A stretch of 64,000 bases of DNA from Kofleriaceae bacterium. GTDB lineage: Bacteria > Myxococcota_A > Polyangia > Haliangiales > Haliangiaceae. Shown here one piece after another: positions 58,301 to 64,000 of the stretch. Location: contig JBKJLC010000222.1 of the NCBI GenBank assembly GCA_046597055.1, positions 6,777 to 70,776 of the forward strand, in the 5' to 3' direction. Position 1 is the stretch's first letter. Each line of letters opens with the position of its first letter. Under the pieces are notes generated by a model. That model had not been told where the DNA came from. It searched no databases and worked only from the letters and a program-made list of their open reading frames with translations. The translations under genes were made by a program, and so were the position numbers.

Positions 58301-58422
58301 GCGACCTCGGCTTCGGTGACGGTCCCGACGTCTGGGCCTGGGACCCGGCGACCGCGAGCTTGCGCACCACCGCCCGCACCGCCAGTCCGCCGCCGGCGCC
58401 GACCCACGACGCCCGGCCCTGA
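55327..58422 (+). CDS. Fusion protein: N-terminal PhaC-like alpha/beta-hydrolase + C-terminal FATP-type acyl-CoA synthetase/adenylating domain
   Basis: N-terminus: 'PLLLVPPLMV...VWVVDFG...VHLAGYSQGGMFAY' (GxSxG nucleophile elbow). C-terminus: 'LPLHHPTA', 'FAPDVFWAEVRRYGVTVVFYAGEMCRSL', 'EFYASTEA', 'YASGDLLKIDGDGDHWFVDRHGDMIRTTGGPV' and 'DGFRPLKKPI'. The start is 55327 or the internal ATG at 55420. Confidence 0.8.
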   Translation: MEPDAPAPRRGSATARRRRKVAWTKRLRRVGMAWQNALEIMRAGRLTAPYGAPFEVVHATPIYRLRHYRNSDTTPATTPPLLLVPPLMVASEVYDIAPDVSAIAYLTRSGVDVWVVDFGAPEREEGGLERTLDDHVRGVSEAIDQVRQRTGQDVHLAGYSQGGMFAYQAAAYRRSAGIASIITMGSPVDIHRTVPLAEQLVERMVSGLSRAIAGPLAHIDRLPGRVTSTGFKLLSVRKEAGQLVEFVRKLHDRSALEKREARRLFLGGAGFVAWPGPALRKFISEIVVANRMTSGGIVIDGHTTTLADIDSPILYFFGERDTMGRPAAVRGIRKAAPAADMIYEVAVKAGHFGLVVGSTALTVTWPTVVEWIRWQAGDGPRPARMVEPGATTSIPTIGPDDEDADDDVEDDDIDTAFGEMQFDLELVQDVLGKTARAVMERVGDVTQDVSDYLDNLRWQVPRLHRLRSLRDDTAISLGKELAEQAREIPDQTFFMWRDRAFTYADANRRVDAVVRGLIQSGVRPGHKVAVVMQSRPSYLSVVAALSRLGAVAVLIAPATLASALTRALDVGEAERVITDPETVAAVRTSWAGPLFVLGAAHDQRALPPGVVDLEQIDPDAVVMPTWFRPDPGRARDLALVFVSGGRFETPRASRITNRRWAFSALGAAATCTLTNRDTVYCCLPLHHPTAMLVAAGSALCGGARLALASRFAPDVFWAEVRRYGVTVVFYAGEMCRSLVRAPFAIGEQNHPVRLFAGSGMRPDLWRKLTERFGSGVLEFYASTEASAVLANASGEKIGAVGRPLPGSPELAIAAYDFDADDLVRDGNGRVTRARVDQPGMLIARLDTARGIADLAHIAPTRLLRDALAPGDTWYASGDLLKIDGDGDHWFVDRHGDMIRTTGGPVASRLIEDALHQVPGVDACVAIGLADVERVGKQVAAAAFALAPGATLDLTALGQAIATLPDHARPRRLRRVEAIPMTDGFRPLKKPIRDLGFGDGPDVWAWDPATASLRTTARTASPPPAPTHDARP

Positions 58423-58517
58423 CCGCCGCCAGCGCGCGCCGAGCCGTTCGGTCCGCGACCGGGGGTCGGGTGCGAACGAGGCTCGTCTCGTATAGATGAG
58501 GAGACGTCCGGAACGTC

Positions 58518-58553
58518 GAAGCCCCGCTGGGTGAGCAGCGGGGCTTCTTTCGT
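58518..58553 (+). terminator. Rho-independent terminator
   Basis: GAAGCCCCGCTG-ggtgag-CAGCGGGGCTTC is a 12-bp perfect stem followed by TTTCGTT. It lies about 95 nt after the 55327..58422 stop and just past the 3' end of the minus-strand tRNA-Lys. Confidence 0.65.
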
Positions 58554-58564
58554 TCAGTCCCGGG

Positions 58565-58636
58565 TGAGGGCGGTCAGACTCGAACTGACAACCAGCGGAT
58601 TAAGAGTCCGATGCTCTACCATTGAGCTACGCCCCC
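58565..58636 (-). tRNA. tRNA-Lys (anticodon CTT)
   Basis: The reverse complement GGGGGCGTAGCTCAATGGTAGAGCATCGGACTCTTAATCCGCTGGTTGTCAGTTCGAGTCTGACCGCCCTCA folds as a cloverleaf with a 7-bp acceptor stem, GCTC/GAGC D-stem, anticodon loop CTCTTAA and GTCAG/CTGAC T-stem with TTCGAGT loop. CCA is not encoded. Confidence 0.85.
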
Positions 58637-58678
58637 GGAATTACTTACTTCTTAGTCTAGTCTCGGTACCTTTTCAAG

Positions 58679-58752
58679 TGAGCTCGGGGCGACTCGAACG
58701 CCCGACCTACGGGTTCGAAGCCCGGCGCTCTATCCAACTGAGCTACGAGCCC
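58679..58752 (-). tRNA. tRNA-Arg (anticodon read as TCG)
   Basis: The reverse complement GGGCTCGTAGCTCAGTTGGATAGAGCGCCGGGCTTCGAACCCGTAGGTCGGGCGTTCGAGTCGCCCCGAGCTCA has an Arg-like D-loop AGTTGGATA, anticodon loop CTTCGAA and T-loop TTCGAGT. CCA is not encoded. The anticodon should be confirmed with tRNAscan-SE. Confidence 0.8.
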
Positions 58753-58769
58753 TGGCGAGGCCGGGCGGA

Positions 58770-58799
58770 TAGATAGTGCCGCACGCTGCGATCTGTCAA
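58770..58799 (-). promoter_or_regulatory. Sigma70-like promoter for the tRNA-Arg/tRNA-Lys unit
   Basis: The minus strand reads TTGACA (58799-58794), an 18-nt spacer, then TATCTA (58775-58770). The -10 element ends 17 nt upstream of the tRNA-Arg 5' end (58752). Confidence 0.4.
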
Positions 58800-59067
58800 G
58801 CGGCGGCCGAAATGATCGTGCCCGCGGCGGCATGGCGCACCCCTCCGTGGGGTAGCGCCTCTGGGGGTCAGCCCCCAGACAAGCGACCTCACGCACGTCT
58901 CCCGGGGGCAAAGTCACCAGGAACACGCGCAGTTTTCAGCCCTTAGGGAGTAAGAACGAGCTTCCAAAAAGCGGTCAGGCCGCATTAGTATTGCCTCGCC
59001 TTGCCGGTGAACGGGGATCGCGTCAGCGACCGCCCCAGGTTCACCGACTACCCGAGGGGGACTATCC

Positions 59068-62000
59068 GTGTTCAGCAAAGACCGCCGCATCAACCTGGTC
59101 CTGTCCCTCTTCTTCTTGCTGCTGAGCGCCTGCGGAGGCCTCGGCAGCGGCTGCGGCTGCACGACGCAGCCGTTGCCGGCCGGCGGCCTTCCCAGCGACC
59201 AGACCATCGAAGGCGGCGGTCAGATCCGGGTGACCCGGGCCGGCTTCGCCAAGCTCACCTCGGTCATCCCCGCGCTGCTCAACGATCAGCTGTCCGACGG
59301 CTTCTGCATCGGGCAGCAGAGCATCCTCGGCGCCAACGTCTGCTACGAGAACCAGGGACCGACCTGCAACCCGGGTTGCCGGGTCAACGTCGCGCTGCAG
59401 GAGACCCGCCTGCAGGTCACCAACGCGCAGACGCTCAACGTCTACATACGCGCCAACATCAGCGTGCCGGTCCGCATCGACCCGCCGATCTTCGGCGCGT
59501 GCACGATGACGGTCACCGCCAACAACCTGTCGGCGGATCTCGATATCGGCTTCGGCATCAACCCGACCACCGGCGAGATGACGCTCCGGCTGAATCGCAT
59601 CAACAGCTACGACCTGTCGGGCGTCAGCTACTCGGGCTGCACCGTCATCAGCTTCCTCGCCTCGCTGGTCACCAGCCTGGCCGGCACCATCCTCGGCGAG
59701 TTCGTGGTCGACCTGCTGACCCCGACGATCAACGATCTCATCCAGGGCTTCCTGCCCAGCCCGCTCGGCATCGAGGGCATGGTCGACGTCGGCGCGCTGC
59801 TCGCGGGCGTGTCGCCCGGCACCGAAGGCTTCATGGAAGCGCGCATGGTCCCAGGCGGATACGTGTCGCTACAGAACAGCGGCATGTCGCTGGGGCTCAT
59901 CACCGGCCTCAACGCCGACCAGGACCCGACCACCCGCACCGCGCAGCTCGACAGCGAGCCGGCCTACTGCGTCCCGCCGATCCCGGCGCCGGACTTCGCG
60001 GCCGCGCCCGCCAGCCTGCCCCGCGTCGCCGGCCGCAACACCTTCACCTTGGCCGCGGCCGAGGAGTTCCTCGGCATGCCCGAGCCGGCCGACGATCTCG
60101 TGATCGGCCTGTCGGAGACGATGCTCGACCTCGCCGGTCACCACCTGGTCACCTCGGGCGGCATGTGCCTCGGCGTCGGCACCTCGCTGATCGCCCAGCT
60201 CAAGCTCGGCACGATCGGCCTGCTGGTCCCGTCGCTCGGCGAGCTCGGCAAGGGCGACGAGCCGCTCTTGCTGGTCACCCGGCCCCAGCGCGCGCTCGAC
60301 TTCACGGTCGGCGAGGGCACCGAGGCGTCGCCCGCGTTCACGATCCACATCAAGGAGTTCGAGGTCGACTTCTACGGCTTCATCTACGAGCGCTACACGC
60401 GCGCGTTCACGATGTCGCTGGACCTCGACGTCGGCGTGAACCTCGAGTTCGTGCAGATGCCGGGCATGCCGGCCCAGGTCAAGCCAGTCCTGGTCGGCCT
60501 GACCTCGTCGAACATCGACATCACGGTGCTCAACAACGAGTTCGTGAAGGAGACCCGCCAGCAGCTCGAGGCGGTGCTGCCGACCGTGTTCGACCTGGCG
60601 CTGCCGCTGCTCGGCGACGGCCTCGGGCCGATCGACGTGCCGTCGTTCGCTGGCTTCACGCTCAACAACCTGCGGGTCCAGAAGGTCGTCACCGCCCAGG
60701 ACGAGTTCGTGGCGATCTACGCGTCGCTGGGCGCGTCGCAGATGATGCGCACCACCGCGGCCGATCAGTATCCGTCGCTCGGCCCGGTGGTCGACCGCCT
60801 CGACCAGGGCGTCGGCATGCCGAGCTGGCCGTCCCGGGTCGAGACCCCGATCGCGAGCCTGCGCTCGGTGGTGGTGCCGACCCCGGCCCAGATCCGCGGC
60901 GCGCTGATGGGCGAGGCCGGCGGCGCGCTGCCGACCGTGACCATCGAGGTCGCGCACCGCGACGACCACGGCCGCGAGCTCGAGTGGAGCTACAACCTCG
61001 ACAACGGCCTGTGGCGCCCGTACTCGTCGGCCACGCCGCTGGTGATCGCCGACCGCGCGTTCGCCTGGCAGGGCCACTACACGATCGGCCTGCACGCCCG
61101 GGTCAAAGGCGACTACCGGACCACCGCGGTCCAGCGGATCGACCTGCCGGTCACGATCGACTCGATGGGCCCGAAGATCCGCGTCGACGAGGCGCGGCTG
61201 ACCGACCGCGGCCTGTACGTGCCGGCCACCGACGCGGTGTACGAGGACGGCCTCGAGTGGGCGTTCGGCACGATCACCTCGGACCAGCCGGTCACCGGCT
61301 GGCAGCCGTCGCCGACCCTGGCTCGCGCCCAGGTCACCGCGCTCGAGACCGACGGCGAGATCCTGGTCTTCGTCCGCGACCCGAGCGGCAACGTCTCGAT
61401 GGCGATCGCCCGCAGCAACTTCCACGGCGCGGCCGGCGAGGGCGGCTGCAGCTGCCGCTCGACCGGCGGGCCCGACACCGGCTCGATCCTGCTGCTGATG
61501 CTGGTCGCCGGCGTCCTGCTGGGGGCGGGGCGGTCGCGCCGCCCTTTTGCGCGGCGCGCGGTCGTCGCCCTCGGGGCGGTCGCGCACAAGGCTAGCCGGA
61601 CCGTGCGGGCGGGCGGGCGCCTGGCGCCGATGCTGGCGGTGTGGGCCGGCCTGAGCCTGGCGCTGTCGATGGTCCCGGGCTGCTCGTGCGGCTCGGCCGC
61701 TGGCCACGCCTGCGAGCTGTCCGAGGACTGCGACGACCTCGAGTGCCCCGAGGGCCAGATCGCGATCTGCTTCGAGGGCGAGTGCCTGTGCACCGACGAC
61801 GTGCCGTACGGCAAGATCGGCCTGATGTCCGACGTCGCGGTGGCGCCCAACGCCGACGTGGTGGTGTCGGCCTACGCCCAGAACCACGGCGACCTGGTGG
61901 TCGCGCGCTTTGCCGGCGCCGGCCGGATCGCCGACGAGGCCTGGGAGTTCGTCGACGGCGTCCCCGACGGCCCGGTCGCCCTGCCCGAGTCCGATGTGCG

Positions 62001-63051
62001 CGGCGGCATCCTCGACCCCGGCCCCGACGTCGGCCTCTACACCTCGGTGGCGATCGGCACCGCCGACGTGCCGATGGTCGCGTACCACGACAAGACGACC
62101 GGCTCGCTCAAGTTCGCGGCGAAGTCCGGGGGCGCCTGGCAGAACCACGTGGTCGATGCCGGCACCGGCACCATCGCCCCCGAGATCGGCGGCGAGCAGG
62201 TCGGGCTCTACAACGCGCTGTCGCTGCGCACCGACGACGGTCGCCCGGCGATCGCGTACCTCGCGATGATCTCGCAGGGCGACGGCCTGGTGGTCGGCGA
62301 GGTCCGCTTCGCCCAGGCCACCAGCGCCTTGCCGGCCGGCTCCACCGACTGGCAGGTGACCGTGATCGACATGATGGCGCTGCCGCCGGTCGACCCGCTG
62401 AGCCCCGACCCGTACCCGATCCCGGCCGGCATCGGCCTGTTCATCGAGATGGCCCGCGACGCCGCCGGCAACCCGGCGATCGTCTACTACGACCGCCAGG
62501 GCGGCAACCTCAAGCTCGCGCGGTGGAGCACGGCCAACAGCCGCTTCGACCTCAGCGTCATTGCCGGCCAGACCGGCGATGACGGCTGGTACCCGTCGAT
62601 CGCCTTCGACGCCCAGGACGTGGCCCACATCGCCTACCAGGGCGCCGACCACGACGACGTCTTCTATCTCAACACCATGTCGAACACGCGCGAGCTGGTC
62701 GACGACGGCTACCGGATCGTCGGCACCACTCCCGAGGGGCTGCCAAAGCCGGAGTTCCACTTCGTCGGCTCCGACACGCAGATCGTGACGACGTCGACCG
62801 GGCCGTACGTGATCTACCAGGACTCGACCAGCCACGAGCTGCTGTACGCGAGCAAGCAGGGTGACGACTGGGTCCCGACGCCCCTGGCCGGCAACGAGAT
62901 GACGTTCCAGGGCGCCTACGGCTTCTATGCGTCCGCGGTCGCCGGCGGCAACGAGGTGGTCGTCTCGACCTGGGTGATCCACCAGCAGCTCGTCGACAAC
63001 TGGGTCGAGGTGTTCCGGATCCCGCTCGGCACCGGCCGCATCCTGGACTGA
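59068..63051 (+). CDS. 1327-aa surface-protein ORF: N-terminal lipoprotein module ending in a MYXO-CTERM tag, continuing in frame into a second lipoprotein-like beta-propeller module
   Basis: GTG at 59068 follows GAGGGGGA. The lipobox is 'LFFLLLSAC'. The MYXO-CTERM-like tag spans aa 792-826. A second signal and lipobox 'MLAVWAGLSLALSMVPGC' starts at nt 61630. The C-terminal part has repeats such as 'VPMVAYHDKTTGSLKFA', 'RPAIAYLAMI', 'NPAIVYYDRQGGNLKLA' and 'VAHIAYQGADHDDVFYL'. This may be two genes. Confidence 0.7.
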   Translation: MFSKDRRINLVLSLFFLLLSACGGLGSGCGCTTQPLPAGGLPSDQTIEGGGQIRVTRAGFAKLTSVIPALLNDQLSDGFCIGQQSILGANVCYENQGPTCNPGCRVNVALQETRLQVTNAQTLNVYIRANISVPVRIDPPIFGACTMTVTANNLSADLDIGFGINPTTGEMTLRLNRINSYDLSGVSYSGCTVISFLASLVTSLAGTILGEFVVDLLTPTINDLIQGFLPSPLGIEGMVDVGALLAGVSPGTEGFMEARMVPGGYVSLQNSGMSLGLITGLNADQDPTTRTAQLDSEPAYCVPPIPAPDFAAAPASLPRVAGRNTFTLAAAEEFLGMPEPADDLVIGLSETMLDLAGHHLVTSGGMCLGVGTSLIAQLKLGTIGLLVPSLGELGKGDEPLLLVTRPQRALDFTVGEGTEASPAFTIHIKEFEVDFYGFIYERYTRAFTMSLDLDVGVNLEFVQMPGMPAQVKPVLVGLTSSNIDITVLNNEFVKETRQQLEAVLPTVFDLALPLLGDGLGPIDVPSFAGFTLNNLRVQKVVTAQDEFVAIYASLGASQMMRTTAADQYPSLGPVVDRLDQGVGMPSWPSRVETPIASLRSVVVPTPAQIRGALMGEAGGALPTVTIEVAHRDDHGRELEWSYNLDNGLWRPYSSATPLVIADRAFAWQGHYTIGLHARVKGDYRTTAVQRIDLPVTIDSMGPKIRVDEARLTDRGLYVPATDAVYEDGLEWAFGTITSDQPVTGWQPSPTLARAQVTALETDGEILVFVRDPSGNVSMAIARSNFHGAAGEGGCSCRSTGGPDTGSILLLMLVAGVLLGAGRSRRPFARRAVVALGAVAHKASRTVRAGGRLAPMLAVWAGLSLALSMVPGCSCGSAAGHACELSEDCDDLECPEGQIAICFEGECLCTDDVPYGKIGLMSDVAVAPNADVVVSAYAQNHGDLVVARFAGAGRIADEAWEFVDGVPDGPVALPESDVRGGILDPGPDVGLYTSVAIGTADVPMVAYHDKTTGSLKFAAKSGGAWQNHVVDAGTGTIAPEIGGEQVGLYNALSLRTDDGRPAIAYLAMISQGDGLVVGEVRFAQATSALPAGSTDWQVTVIDMMALPPVDPLSPDPYPIPAGIGLFIEMARDAAGNPAIVYYDRQGGNLKLARWSTANSRFDLSVIAGQTGDDGWYPSIAFDAQDVAHIAYQGADHDDVFYLNTMSNTRELVDDGYRIVGTTPEGLPKPEFHFVGSDTQIVTTSTGPYVIYQDSTSHELLYASKQGDDWVPTPLAGNEMTFQGAYGFYASAVAGGNEVVVSTWVIHQQLVDNWVEVFRIPLGTGRILD
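61435..61545 (+). other. Internal MYXO-CTERM-type sorting signal
   Basis: 'GEGGCSCRSTGGPDTGSILLLMLVAGVLLGAGRSRRP' combines a Gly/Cys motif, a hydrophobic helix and a basic cluster. That is the hallmark of the myxobacterial C-terminal sorting tag, but it lies at codons ~790-826 of a 1327-codon ORF. Confidence 0.7.
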
Positions 63052-63156
63052 GCGCAGGCTCGGAGGCGGCCGGCAGCCCCCGCGGCAGGATCCCGGGTGT
63101 GTTGCGGGGCGGCCGCCGCTGTACAGGGGATCCCCGGCCTGTCATGCTTCAGGCCG

Positions 63157-63846
<690 letters not shown>

Positions 63847-63849
63847 CGG

Positions 63850-64000
63850 TCAGGGCAGCAGCATCTCCGCGCCCATGGTCACGAACATGCCGAGCTGACC
63901 GGCGCTGCCGACGCCGTTGCCCAGCCAGGCGGTCCCGGCAAACGCGCTGAACGCGCCGACCACGCGCACGTCGTGACCGACCGCGGCGGCGACGCCGCCG
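63850..64000 (-). CDS. 3' end of a gene running off the window (Gly/Ala-rich C-terminus)
   Basis: The minus-strand frame reads ...GGVAAAVGHDVRVVGAFSAFAGTAWLGNGVGSAGQLGMFVTMGAEMLLP* with good GC3. It is too short to identify. Confidence 0.3.
   Translation of the reverse strand, partial: GGVAAAVGHDVRVVGAFSAFAGTAWLGNGVGSAGQLGMFVTMGAEMLLP

Noticed and set aside
58423-63051. Genomic island integrated at the tRNA-Lys/tRNA-Arg locus.
   Set aside because: No integrase, excisionase, transposase or direct repeat of a tRNA 3' end is visible. The large ORF has normal GC3 bias. A mobile element cannot be called from this sequence alone.

Overview
By eye this is a very GC-rich bacterial chromosomal segment, with almost only G or C at third codon positions in the real genes. 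It most likely comes from a myxobacterium (Myxococcota). The evidence is a MYXO-CTERM sorting tag, many small Cys-rich lipoproteins, a Ser/Thr kinase with a TPR sensor region, and an FHA-sigma54 activator. I can support about 50 protein-coding genes, 2 tRNAs (Lys-CTT, Arg-TCG, minus strand) and a few regulatory or terminator structures.

Housekeeping blocks:
- oxyR divergent from ahpC-ahpD
- gnd-pgl-zwf (oxidative pentose phosphate)
- rhlE-like DEAD-box helicase
- class II photolyase
- enoyl-CoA hydratase
- RluA pseudouridine synthase
- thioredoxin
- phoU

Accessory content:
- many lipoproteins and surface proteins
- two vWA lipoproteins
- two secreted zinc-protease-like proteins
- a ricin-lectin protein
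- a SET-domain protein
- a 2598-aa all-helical repeat protein
- an alpha/beta-hydrolase fused to an FATP-type acyl-CoA synthetase
- a 1327-aa surface-protein ORF

I saw no CRISPR array, transposase, integrase or phage genes. Many of the longest ORFs in the supplied track are antisense or off-frame artefacts of GC-richness, with Arg/Ala/Gly/Pro-rich translations. Several real genes needed their 5' ends trimmed to an internal start.

I cannot point to one clear-cut new system. The best leads are:
1. The 1327-aa ORF that carries a complete MYXO-CTERM tag internally, followed by a second lipoprotein signal.
2. A lipoprotein signal peptide with no canonical start codon just downstream of the SET gene.
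3. The lipoprotein / Zn-protease / SET-domain operon.
4. The convergent FHA-sigma54 activator and TPR Ser/Thr kinase pair.
5. A lower-GC islet encoding a metzincin-like protein with QExxH in place of HExxH.
6. A minus-strand run of a vWA lipoprotein, a Coq4-like protein and a thioredoxin with a His/Asp-rich tail.

All functional calls come from motif recognition by eye. No database search was run.
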